NCBI GenBank assembly: GCA_036280695.1 | Contig: DASUQG010000354.1 | Coordinates: forward strand, 1-31,105 | Reading direction: 5' to 3' | Length of the DNA: 31,105 nt | From: Thermoleophilaceae bacterium | GTDB lineage: Bacteria > Actinomycetota > Thermoleophilia > Solirubrobacterales > Thermoleophilaceae | Shown: positions 1-8,064 of the stretch, piece after piece | Position numbering within the stretch: position 1 is the stretch's first letter | Layout of the letters: the number at the start of each line of letters is the position of its first letter | Notes under the pieces: generated by a model | What the model was told of the DNA's origin: nothing | Databases searched by the model: none | What the model saw: only the letters and a program-made list of their open reading frames with translations | Made by a program: the position numbers and the translations under genes

Positions 1-831
1 CTCGCGTCGTTCTGCCTGACGGAGCCCGAAGCCGGCTCAGACGTGTCGGCCATGCGCACCACCGCCGTGCGCCGGGGTGACAAGTACGTGATCAACGGAT
101 CGAAGGTGTTCATCAGCAACGGTGGCTACGCCGACTGGTACACGGTCTATGCCAAGACCGACAGGGACGCGGGCCATCGGGGCATCTCCGCCTTCGTCGT
201 CCCGCGCGACGACAGCGTGACGGTCGACAAGCATGAGGACAAGATGGGCCTCCGGGCCTCGAACACCGCGGGGATCAGCTTCAACGACACAGAGGTGCCG
301 GTGGGGAACCTGCTCGGCGACGAGAACCACGGTTTCAAGCTCGCGATGATGACGCTCGACCGTTCGCGCCCCGGCGTCGCCGCGATGGCCACCGGCATAG
401 CCCGCGCCGCCTTCGAGTTCGCCACCGACTACTCGAAACAGCGCGTCCAGTTCGGCGTCCCGATCGCCATGCACCAGGCGATCCAGTTCATGATCGCCGA
501 CATGGCCACCGAGATCGAGGCCGCCCGGCTGCTCACGTGGCAGTCGGCGGTGCTCCTGGATCAGGGCAAGCGCAACACCCTCCAGTCCTCACACGCCAAG
601 CGCTTCGCCGCCGACACGGCCATGAAGGTCGCCACCGACGCCGTGCAGATCTACGGCGGCTACGGCTTCATCAAGGACTACCCGGTCGAGAAGCTGATGC
701 GCGACGCGAAGATCATGCAGCTCTACGAGGGGACCTCGCAGATTCAGCGCCTCGTGATCGCCCGGGAGATCCTCATGCCGCGCACCGTCGAGGAGCCGAC
801 ACGTGCCACACAGCTCGCAGCCGCGGCGTAA
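1..831 (+). CDS. Acyl-CoA dehydrogenase, 5'-truncated by the window edge
   Basis: Frame 1 is open from base 1 (LASFCLTEPEAGSDVSAM). Family motifs: FCLTEPEAGSD, NGSKVFISNG, KMGLRAS, QIYGGYGFIKDYPVEKLMRDAK, YEGTSQIQR. Stop TAA at 829-831. Confidence 0.95.
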   Translation, partial: LASFCLTEPEAGSDVSAMRTTAVRRGDKYVINGSKVFISNGGYADWYTVYAKTDRDAGHRGISAFVVPRDDSVTVDKHEDKMGLRASNTAGISFNDTEVPVGNLLGDENHGFKLAMMTLDRSRPGVAAMATGIARAAFEFATDYSKQRVQFGVPIAMHQAIQFMIADMATEIEAARLLTWQSAVLLDQGKRNTLQSSHAKRFAADTAMKVATDAVQIYGGYGFIKDYPVEKLMRDAKIMQLYEGTSQIQRLVIAREILMPRTVEEPTRATQLAAAA

Positions 832-1234
832 CGAGGGCCAGCCGCTCGAGCTGATCCTGGCACGCAACCTGGTGTCGATCGTCTCGCTGGCCGCGGTCCT
901 CGTCGACGTGGACGGCCAGATCGTCTTCTACAACGACGCCGCGGCCGAGCTTCTGGGGAGCCGCTTCGAGGAGGTCGGCATCATGAGCCGCGCCGAGTGG
1001 AGTGCCCGCTACGGCCCAGTGGACGCGCAGGGGGCGGCCCTTGCACCCGATGAGCTTCCACTGGCGGTTGCGGTGCGCGAGGGCCGGCCCGCCTATGCCC
1101 GTTTCCGAGTCCGCGCCGAGCGCGGCCTTGTGGAGGTCGAGGCCGGTGCGCTTCCGCTGCTCGGCCCCGCGGGGTATCACGGCGCGATGGTGGCCTTCTG
1201 GGTGGTCGGCGAGGACGCCGAGGGCACGCCCTGA
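803..1234 (+). CDS. Stand-alone PAS domain protein (start uncertain)
   Basis: The pattern VLVDVDGQIVFYNDAAAELLG...G...PLLGPAGYHGAMVAFW is typical of a PAS fold. Its stop overlaps the next ATG (TGATG, 1232-1236). Confidence 0.75.
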   Translation: MPHSSQPRRNEGQPLELILARNLVSIVSLAAVLVDVDGQIVFYNDAAAELLGSRFEEVGIMSRAEWSARYGPVDAQGAALAPDELPLAVAVREGRPAYARFRVRAERGLVEVEAGALPLLGPAGYHGAMVAFWVVGEDAEGTP

Positions 1235-2088
1235 TGCAGGCGAGGCTTTGGGGCGTGCGCGGCTCGGTCCCGGTGCCGGGACCAGCGACCGAGCAGTTCG
1301 GAGGGAACACCTCGTGCGTGCAGGTCATCGGCGAGGACGGGTCTCAGTTCGTCCTAGACGCCGGGACGGGCATCCGCGACCTGGGCGCGGCGCTCGCAGG
1401 GCGTTCGCGCCGGTTGCACGTTCTACTCACGCACCTGCACCTCGATCACATTCAGGGCCTGATGTTCTTCGCCCCCTTCTTCGATCCCGAGGTCGAGATC
1501 ACCGTCTGGGGTCCGCCCGCCGCAGGACGCGCGCTGCGCAAGCGTCTGGCTCGCTACATCTCCAACCCGCTTTCCCCGATCGAGATCGGCGAGCTTCCCG
1601 CCCGGGTGACATTCCGGGATGTCCCCTCAGAGCCGTGGCGGATCGGCACGGTCGAGTTGAGGGCGTCGCTCGTCTCCCACCGGGGACCGACGCTGGGCTA
1701 CAGGCTCAGTGAGAACGGGACCAGCCTCTGCTACCTGCCCGACCACGAGCCGGCGCTCGGCCAGGACCTCGCCGTCGCGCCTGCGGACTGGATCTCCGGA
1801 CACGAGCTCGCCCGAGGCGCCTCACTGCTGATCCACGACGGCCAGTACACCGAGCGTGAGTATCACGCGCACCGCGGTTGGGGGCACTCAAGTGTTCCCG
1901 ACGCGCTGGCGTTCGCTCAACGCAGCGAGGTTCAGGGCCTTGCGCTCTTCCACCACGATCCCTGGCACGAGGACGATTTCCTCGAGGGCTTGGAACGGGA
2001 GGCATCCGAGCGCTGGGCTCTGCAGGGCGGCGACGGTCGGGTCGGGCTGGGCCGCGAAGGAGCGCTGTTCGAGCTGGCGGCCGCCTAG
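1234..2088 (+). CDS. MBL-fold metallo-hydrolase (RNase Z / phosphodiesterase-like)
   Basis: N-terminal WGVRGSVPVPG and GGNTSC; LDAGTG; metal motif THLHLDH; later VSHRG, IHDGQY, GHS and FHHDP. Confidence 0.9.
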   Translation: MQARLWGVRGSVPVPGPATEQFGGNTSCVQVIGEDGSQFVLDAGTGIRDLGAALAGRSRRLHVLLTHLHLDHIQGLMFFAPFFDPEVEITVWGPPAAGRALRKRLARYISNPLSPIEIGELPARVTFRDVPSEPWRIGTVELRASLVSHRGPTLGYRLSENGTSLCYLPDHEPALGQDLAVAPADWISGHELARGASLLIHDGQYTEREYHAHRGWGHSSVPDALAFAQRSEVQGLALFHHDPWHEDDFLEGLEREASERWALQGGDGRVGLGREGALFELAAA

Positions 2089-2137
2089 TGCTCCGCTTGT
2101 CGCCGCACTTGCGGACTGGGCATGGGGGACCGGCCGA

Positions 2138-2183
2138 ATGCAGGCCGGCACCCATTCCCCTCGACCCGACCGGCGCCGACAAT
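2138..2183 (+). promoter_or_regulatory. Motif-1 promoter: ATGCAG-GCCGGC-ACCCAT, N22, GACAAT
   Basis: Palindrome at 2138-2155, -10-like hexamer at 2178-2183, ATG at 2190. Same geometry as 7 other sites. Confidence 0.75.
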
Positions 2184-2189
2184 TAGGAG

Positions 2190-2750
2190 ATGACCCACCG
2201 TACGACCCGCTGCCACCCCCGCTTGGGGCTTCGCTTCCGGGTGTGGGCAAGCGAGCATGAACTGGACGCCGCGCTCGCACACGGTAAGGATCCAGGCGCA
2301 ACCGAGGAGCTACAGCTTCGGGCGGAGCGGCTCGCCCGCCCGGAGCAACGTTTCCGCCTGGCCGACGCAATCGAGGAGCTCCTGGAGCTTGCCGGGGGGC
2401 ATGAGGTGCTCGCCAACCCCGAGGCGCTCGCGGCGGCGACCTCCCCTCAACTCCAGCTCGCGCAGATTCGGACGAGCCGCTCGGCACTGATCCAACTCGT
2501 GAACCGGCTGCGGGACAAGTGCACCGCTGACGTTCAGGGGCTGGCGCAGGTCCGCTGCCTGCTGAGTGACGACCGTGGCCCCCTCTATCACCGCGACGCG
2601 TCGGCTTCGTTGGACGAGGCGGTCGCCGCCGCGATCGGCGGCCTCGATCGCCGCGATCGTGGGCCCGCTCGATCACGCCTGGGGCATTCGGATCGGCTGA
2701 ATATGGACGTTTGTGCCCATGGTGGGACGGGGCTCGGGAGGCGACGATGA
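2190..2750 (+). CDS. Hypothetical protein, paralog of 29696..30199
   Basis: Shares LD..L..G.DP....L..RA..L and L..L..RL.D....DV.G.A....L.SD..GPLY with the ORF at 29696..30199. Preceded by motif 1. Confidence 0.75.
   Translation: MTHRTTRCHPRLGLRFRVWASEHELDAALAHGKDPGATEELQLRAERLARPEQRFRLADAIEELLELAGGHEVLANPEALAAATSPQLQLAQIRTSRSALIQLVNRLRDKCTADVQGLAQVRCLLSDDRGPLYHRDASASLDEAVAAAIGGLDRRDRGPARSRLGHSDRLNMDVCAHGGTGLGRRR
2703..2748 (+). promoter_or_regulatory. Motif-1 promoter: ATGGAC-GTTTGT-GCCCAT, N22, GACGAT
   Basis: Palindrome at 2703-2720, hexamer at 2743-2748, ATG at 2755 after a 6-nt gap. Lies inside the 3' end of the upstream ORF. Confidence 0.7.
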
Positions 2751-2754
2751 AGTC

Positions 2755-3267
2755 ATGACCTCGACCGATCACATCGATCATCCCCCGTCCGCGGACCGTG
2801 ACGGTCCGCTGCTCATCGGCTACGACGGATCCGAACATGCAAAGCACGCGATTGCGAGCGCTGCAGGCCTGCTCGCCGCAAAGGATGCGATCGTCCTGAC
2901 CGTCTGGCAGCCGGTCTCCGACGTCGGCGCCTTCGCCTGGTACGGGGCGGGTCCAAACATGGTCAATTTCGCCGAGCTCGATCGCGCAGGGGCCGAAGCC
3001 GGCGGGCGCGTCGCCGAGGAGGGCGCTCAGATCGCACGGGAGGCAGGCCTACGGGCCGAGGCCATCGCCATCGAGGCGACCCCGCCCGTCTGGAAGACGA
3101 TTGTCGATACCGCCGATCTCCACGACGCGGCAGCGATCGTGATGGGCTCGCGTGGGCTTTCGGGGCTCCGCTCGCTGCTATTGGGCAGCGTCTCGAACGC
3201 TGTCGTGCACCACGCCGACCGTCCGACACTGGTCATCCACCGCCCCGGCGACGACCACGAGGACTGA
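2755..3267 (+). CDS. Universal stress protein (USP)
   Basis: LLIGYDGSEHAKHA at the N-terminus and IVMGSRGLSGLRSLLLGSVSNAVVHHADRPTLVI at the C-terminus. Start moved from 2713 to the ATG at 2755 based on the promoter position. Confidence 0.92.
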   Translation: MTSTDHIDHPPSADRDGPLLIGYDGSEHAKHAIASAAGLLAAKDAIVLTVWQPVSDVGAFAWYGAGPNMVNFAELDRAGAEAGGRVAEEGAQIAREAGLRAEAIAIEATPPVWKTIVDTADLHDAAAIVMGSRGLSGLRSLLLGSVSNAVVHHADRPTLVIHRPGDDHED

Positions 3268-3316
3268 TTCTCAGCGCGCGCCACGCATCTTGACCCGAGA
3301 CCCCCGGAGGTGCCAG

Positions 3317-3664
3317 ATGACCCACCCCGTCTACCCCGCTCCGACCAGAGACCTGGCCGCTCGCCGTGCGGAGCTTGCGCCCGCCACCCAGGACGCCTTC
3401 GAGGCCTTCAGCAGGCAGGTGTTCGCCGAGGGAGCCCTGTCAGAGAAGACCAAGCAGCTGATCGCCGTGGCCGCGGCCCACGTGACGCAGTGCCCTTACT
3501 GCATCCGCAGCCACACTCGGTGGGCGCAGCGCAAGGGCGCCAGCGACCAGGAGATCATGGAGGCGATCTGGGTGGCGGCCGAGATGCGCGCCGGCGGCGC
3601 CTATGCCCACTCGGTGATCGCCCTGGAGGCCACCGCAGCGAGAGCGGAAGGCGACGGCCACTGA
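3317..3664 (+). CDS. Carboxymuconolactone decarboxylase / AhpD-like protein
   Basis: GALSEKTKQLIAVAAAHVTQCPYCIRSH contains the CxxC motif. GGAGG RBS precedes the ATG at 3317. Confidence 0.9.
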   Translation: MTHPVYPAPTRDLAARRAELAPATQDAFEAFSRQVFAEGALSEKTKQLIAVAAAHVTQCPYCIRSHTRWAQRKGASDQEIMEAIWVAAEMRAGGAYAHSVIALEATAARAEGDGH

Positions 3665-3673
3665 CAACCCGGC

Positions 3674-4279
3674 TCAGCCGCCCGGAGCTCGCGAGTCGAG
3701 CTCGAACGTTTCGACGAGGAGCCCGGTGAGGTCGAGGGGATCGACGCGCATCGCGATCCCTCCGTTCTCCCCGCGGGGCCATTCAGTGTCGGGGCGGTCG
3801 ACCATCAGCTCGACCCCGTTGCCGTCCGGGTCGCGCAGGTAAACGGCGATGTTCACCCCGTGGTCCGTCGCTCCCTGCAGTTCGTGACCGGCCTGCAGGA
3901 TGCGGACAACCACCTCGGCGAGCGCAGCCTCGTCTGGTAGACGCAGCGCGAAATGATGGAGCCCGGCCGCCCCAGGCGGTGCGGCCCGCGCAGCCGTGCC
4001 CCAAACGTTCAGGGCGAGGTGGTGGTGGTACTCGCCGGCCGCGAGAAAGACCGACTCTGCGTCTCGCTGGGTTACGTGGAGCCCGAGCACGTCTCGGTAG
4101 AAGGCGAGGGAGCGCGCCAGGTCGGTGACCCGAAGGTTCACGTGACCGACATCGGCGCCCGCGCTGATCTCGCGTGACTCGAGAACAATCTCGCCCACGT
4201 CGCCCGCGCCTGGCAGGCGGCTGTCGGGATGTCCGCGAAGCGGATCGTTCCCGCTCGGCTGGCGGAGCGGGGCGGCCAC
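3674..4279 (-). CDS. VOC / glyoxalase family protein (CatE-like); start uncertain
   Basis: VGHVNLRVTDLARSLAFYRDVLG, AAGEYHHHLALNVW, GLHHFAL, DHGVNIAVYLRDPDGNGVEL. Confidence 0.88.
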   Translation of the reverse strand: MAAPLRQPSGNDPLRGHPDSRLPGAGDVGEIVLESREISAGADVGHVNLRVTDLARSLAFYRDVLGLHVTQRDAESVFLAAGEYHHHLALNVWGTAARAAPPGAAGLHHFALRLPDEAALAEVVVRILQAGHELQGATDHGVNIAVYLRDPDGNGVELMVDRPDTEWPRGENGGIAMRVDPLDLTGLLVETFELDSRAPGG

Positions 4280-4281
4280 CG

Positions 4282-4665
4282 TCAGCGATCTCGGTGGCCG
4301 TCCGGGTGACCGCCGGCCCGCTCGCGCGCCGCCAGGATCTCGGGGAGGTGAGCTTCGGCCCAGTCGCGGATCGCCGCCAGCGGCTCGCGCAGGGTGAGCC
4401 CCAGCGGCGTCAGCTCGTACTCGACCCGGGGCGGGGACTCGTCGTAGGCGGTCCGCCTGATGAGGCCGTCGCGCTCGAGCGCGCGGAGCGTCTGGGTCAG
4501 TACCTTGGGCGCAATGCCCATCGCGTTGCGGATCTCGCTGAACCGGCGCGGGCCGTCCTCGAGAACGCCGACGATCAGTGCCGTCCAGCGGTCGCCGATC
4601 CGGTCCAGCACCACCCTGCTCGGGCAGTCACGCGAGTAGACGTCGGCTGGCTGGTAGAGACCCAC
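4282..4665 (-). CDS. HxlR (DUF24) winged-helix transcriptional regulator
   Basis: CPSRVVLDRIGDRWTALIV, RRFSEI, KVLTQTLRALERDGLIRR and PPRVEYELTPLG. Carries an N-terminal Cys. Confidence 0.93.
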   Translation of the reverse strand: MGLYQPADVYSRDCPSRVVLDRIGDRWTALIVGVLEDGPRRFSEIRNAMGIAPKVLTQTLRALERDGLIRRTAYDESPPRVEYELTPLGLTLREPLAAIRDWAEAHLPEILAARERAGGHPDGHRDR

Positions 4666-4669
4666 TGGT

Positions 4670-4681
4670 TACCTTGAGGTA
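4670..4681. promoter_or_regulatory. Possible HxlR operator TACC-TTGA-GGTA
   Basis: 12-bp inverted repeat in the AT-richer divergent spacer, directly before the HxlR start. It is short, so it could be chance. Confidence 0.35.
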
Positions 4682-4732
4682 CTTAGTCCCCGCCGGGTAT
4701 TTTAGCCGCGCACTCGACCAGGGGGAGAAGCG

Positions 4733-5176
4733 ATGGCGACGACCGAGGAGCGCAACGCCGAGCTGATGCAGACGCTCGACGACGCCTGGAACGGCCGGGA
4801 CATGGAGGTCTTCCAAGCCCGCCACAAGCCGGACGTGGTCGTGCGCTGGCCGGGCCAGCCCGAGCCGACCAAGGGGATCGAGGACCACACGACCGAGTCG
4901 CAGTGGTTCTGGGACGCGTTCCCCGACCAGCACCTCGACAACCGGCCCTACCGGATCTTCTTGGCCTCCGGCGACTACACCTGCTCGGTCGCGCGCTTCA
5001 CCGGCACGATGACCGGGACGCTGAAGACATGGGACGGAAGCGAGATCCCGCCCACCGGCAAGAAGTTCGAGGTCGACTTCTATACCGTCGCCCAGTGGGA
5101 CGACGGGCAGATCGTCGAGGAGAACCTGATGTACGACCTCGTCACCTTCATGCAGCAACTCGGCCTCGGCGGATAG
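4733..5176 (+). CDS. SnoaL-like / NTF2-fold ester cyclase family protein
   Basis: LDDAWNGRDME, FWDAFPDQH, ARFTGTMTG, IPPTGKKFEVDFYTVAQWDDGQIVEE. GGAG RBS. Confidence 0.88.
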   Translation: MATTEERNAELMQTLDDAWNGRDMEVFQARHKPDVVVRWPGQPEPTKGIEDHTTESQWFWDAFPDQHLDNRPYRIFLASGDYTCSVARFTGTMTGTLKTWDGSEIPPTGKKFEVDFYTVAQWDDGQIVEENLMYDLVTFMQQLGLGG

Positions 5177-5673
5177 TGAAGCCGCTCGCGCCGCTGCTGC
5201 TCCGCGCGACCGTGGGAACGATCTTCGTCGTCCACGGCACCCAGAAGCTGTTCGGCTCGTTCGGCGGGCACGGACTCGACGGGACGGGACAGTTCTTCGA
5301 GTCGCTCGGCCTCGGGCCCGGACGGCGCCAAGCGCTCGCGGCCGGCGCCACCGAGACCGGCGGCGGCGTGCTGGTGACTGTCGGCCTGGCAACCCCAGCG
5401 GCGGCCGCCGGACTCACGGCAGTGATGATCACGGCGCTGCGAACGGCGATCTGGAAAGACGGCTTCCAGCCGGGCACGGGAGAGTTCGAAGTCCTGTTGG
5501 CCGCCGCGGCACTGTCGCTGGCGGCCGGCGGACCGGGCCCCTGGTCCCTCGACGCGGCGCTCGGACAGGAGCGCAGCGGCGCCGGTTGGGCGCTCGCCGC
5601 GCTGGGCGCGGCCGCCGCCGGCTCGGGACTCGCGGTCGCTTCCGGGCGCCGGCGGCCGCCCGGCGATACTTGA
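5176..5673 (+). CDS. DoxX family membrane protein
   Basis: GTG overlaps the SnoaL stop. LLLRATVGTIFVVHGTQKLFGSFGGHG, ETGGGVLVTVGL, GPGPWSLD. Confidence 0.9.
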   Translation: MKPLAPLLLRATVGTIFVVHGTQKLFGSFGGHGLDGTGQFFESLGLGPGRRQALAAGATETGGGVLVTVGLATPAAAAGLTAVMITALRTAIWKDGFQPGTGEFEVLLAAAALSLAAGGPGPWSLDAALGQERSGAGWALAALGAAAAGSGLAVASGRRRPPGDT

Positions 5674-5676
5674 GCA

Positions 5677-6642
5677 GTGAGCCTCCTCTGGGGCAGGTTC
5701 GGGCTGGATCTCCCGATCGTCCAGGCGGGGATGGGCGGTGGTCTCGCCGGGCACGAGCTGGCGGGAGCCGTGTCGGCCGCCGGCGGTCTCGGGACGATCG
5801 GCATTCTCGCCCCGCAGGACTTGCGCCAGGAGATCGCCGCGTGCCGCCGGCTGACTGACCGCCCCGTGGCCGTCAACCTCCTGCTGCCGTTCGCCCGCGG
5901 CGCCCACTTCGAGGCGGCCTCCGAGGCTGATGCCGTCGTGACCTTCTGGGGACGGCCGAAGCGCCGAACTGCAAAGGTCTGGCTTCATCAGTGCGGCTCG
6001 GTGGAGGAAGCGCGCGCGGCCCGAGCGGGCGGGGCCGATGCGGTGATCGCTCAGGGGATCGAGGCTGGTGGCCACGTGCGAGGCACCCTGCCGGCGCTCG
6101 AGCTGCTCGCTCGGGTCCGGGCGGCCGTGCCAGACGACTATCCGATCCTCTCAGCCGGCGGGGTCTTTGACGCCGCCGGCGTCAAGGAGCGACTCGATGC
6201 GGGGGCCGCGGCGGTGGTCTGCGGGACCCGTTTCCTGATGACTCACGAGAGCGGCGCCCACCCGGCCTACAAGGCGCGCCTGCTCGAGGGACGTGAGACG
6301 GTCGTGACGGAACTGTTCGGCGCTGGTTGGCCCGCTCCACACCGTGTCGTCCCGAACGCGGCGACCGCCCGCTGGCTGGGGGCAGGCTCGCGCGGGCCGG
6401 GCTGGTTGCGGGCGTTCCACAGGATGACCGCGCCCGCTTTCTCCCGGATCCCGGTGCAGGCGCAGCTCCGGCTGGCGGCGACGCAGCGCGCAACCCGGCC
6501 GATGTTCGGCCCGGTCGCGGCGACCGTCGACGGTCCTCCGAACCTGGTCGAGGCGGGTCCACTGTATGCCGGGGAGTGCATCGAGCGCATCGACAAGCTG
6601 CGCGCGGCGGGCGAGCTCGTGCGCGAGCTGGCGCCCCGATGA
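5677..6642 (+). CDS. Nitronate monooxygenase (2-nitropropane dioxygenase-like) flavoprotein
   Basis: PIVQAGMGGG, AVSAAGGLGTIG, VIAQGIEAGGH, PILSAGGV, VCGTRFLMTHES. Confidence 0.9.
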   Translation: MSLLWGRFGLDLPIVQAGMGGGLAGHELAGAVSAAGGLGTIGILAPQDLRQEIAACRRLTDRPVAVNLLLPFARGAHFEAASEADAVVTFWGRPKRRTAKVWLHQCGSVEEARAARAGGADAVIAQGIEAGGHVRGTLPALELLARVRAAVPDDYPILSAGGVFDAAGVKERLDAGAAAVVCGTRFLMTHESGAHPAYKARLLEGRETVVTELFGAGWPAPHRVVPNAATARWLGAGSRGPGWLRAFHRMTAPAFSRIPVQAQLRLAATQRATRPMFGPVAATVDGPPNLVEAGPLYAGECIERIDKLRAAGELVRELAPR

Positions 6643-6672
6643 GAAACCGCGCGCCGGGAGGCCGCGGCGCCG

Positions 6673-8064
6673 TTACGCGCGCTCGGCAGTCGTGCGGTAG
6701 CGCTCGACGAGCTCCGGCGTGATCCGCTTGAGCTCGCCGGCGGGGAATGCCGCGAGCAACTCCCACGCGAGGTCGAGCGTCTCGATGATCGAGCGCCGCT
6801 GGGTGTCCTGCCCAACGAAGCGCCGCTCGAACTGGTCGACGAAGGCGAGGATGCGGCGGTCGTCGTCGGAGAGCGCCTGCTCGCCGACGATCGAGATCAG
6901 GTTCCGCAACTCGCGGCCGCGCCCGAGGAATGCGGAGATCTGATCGGCGACGCCTCGGTGGTCCTCGCGCGTGTTCCCGTCGCCGATGCCGGCGTTCATC
7001 AGACGGCTGAGAGACGGGAGCACGTCGATGGGAGGCGCGATCCCGCGCCGGTCGAGCTCGCGCGAGAGGACGATCTGGCCCTCGGTGATGTAGCCGGTCA
7101 CGTCGGGTATCGGATGCGTGACGTCGTCGTCGGGCATCGAGAGGATGGGGATCTGCGTCAGTGAGCCCGGCCGGCCGCGGATGCGCCCCGCGCGCTCGAA
7201 CAGCGAGGCGAGATCGGAGTACATGTAGCCCGGATAGCCACGCCGGCCCGGCACCTCGTCGCGAGCGGCGGCAGCCTCGCGCAGCGCCTCACAGTAGTTC
7301 GTCATGTCGACGAGTACGACGAGGACGTGCATTCCGCGCTCGAAGGCGAGGTACTCCGCAGCTGTCAGGGCGGCGCGCGGGCAACTGATCCGCTCCGCTG
7401 CGGGCTCGTCCGCGCGGTTCACGAACAGCACGGAGCGCTCGAGAGCGGCACCCTCGGCGAAGCGCGCGCGCAGGAAGGCGGCCTCGCGATCTGTCACGCC
7501 GATCGCGGCGAAGACCACCACGAACCCCTCGTCCGATGAGGGCACGCGCGCGCTCTCCGCGATCTGCGCAGCCAGTTCGAGCCCCGGCAGGCCGTAGCCG
7601 GAGAAGACCGGCAGCTTCTGGCCGCGGACGAGCGTATGCAGCCCGTCGATCGCCGAGATCCCGGTCTCGATGAACTCGGCCGGATGCGCGCGTGCCACCG
7701 GATTCACCGGCCGCCCGTTGAGGTCGCGCTCCGCCTCGGGCAGAAGCTCGGGCCCGCCGTCGGCGGGCCTGCCCATACCGTCGAAGATCCGCCCGACGAG
7801 GTCGGGACCGACCGGCATGCGTGCCGCGCGGGCGCGGACGAGCACCGCCGTGGAGTCGATGTCGAGCCCGCGCGTGCCGCCGAGCACCTGGACGACCATC
7901 CGGTCGCCCTCGATCTCCAGCACCTGGCCCAGCCGTCGCTCCCCGGAGGGAGTGACCACATCGACGAGCTCGTCGTACGCGACGTGCTCCGCGTGCTCGG
8001 CAATCAGCAGCGGGCCCGACACGTACGTGGTGGTGCGATGTTCGGTCGTGTACAGCCGCGTCAT
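6673..8064 (-). CDS. ntpB: A/V-type ATPase subunit B
   Basis: Start MTRLYTTEH at 8064. ETGISAIDGLHTLVRGQKLPVFSG, DMTNYCEALRE, PGRRGYPGYMYSDL, THPIPDVTGYITEGQI, LPSLSRLM. Confidence 0.96.
   Translation of the reverse strand: MTRLYTTEHRTTTYVSGPLLIAEHAEHVAYDELVDVVTPSGERRLGQVLEIEGDRMVVQVLGGTRGLDIDSTAVLVRARAARMPVGPDLVGRIFDGMGRPADGGPELLPEAERDLNGRPVNPVARAHPAEFIETGISAIDGLHTLVRGQKLPVFSGYGLPGLELAAQIAESARVPSSDEGFVVVFAAIGVTDREAAFLRARFAEGAALERSVLFVNRADEPAAERISCPRAALTAAEYLAFERGMHVLVVLVDMTNYCEALREAAAARDEVPGRRGYPGYMYSDLASLFERAGRIRGRPGSLTQIPILSMPDDDVTHPIPDVTGYITEGQIVLSRELDRRGIAPPIDVLPSLSRLMNAGIGDGNTREDHRGVADQISAFLGRGRELRNLISIVGEQALSDDDRRILAFVDQFERRFVGQDTQRRSIIETLDLAWELLAAFPAGELKRITPELVERYRTTAERA

Noticed and set aside
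2283-2312. GGTAAG inside the ORF at 2190
   Set aside because: No GC(A/T)(A/T)A element at N18 and no start codon downstream, so not counted as motif 2.
4678-4691. GGTACTTAGTCCCC, resembling a mycobacterial DosR box (GGGACTWWAGTCCC)
   Set aside because: One base too short, left half mismatched, and a single occurrence. The recurrent palindrome in this window is a different sequence.
6643-6672. Intrinsic terminator between the convergent nitronate monooxygenase and ntpB genes
   Set aside because: GC-rich, but I could not define a clean stem with a U-tract.
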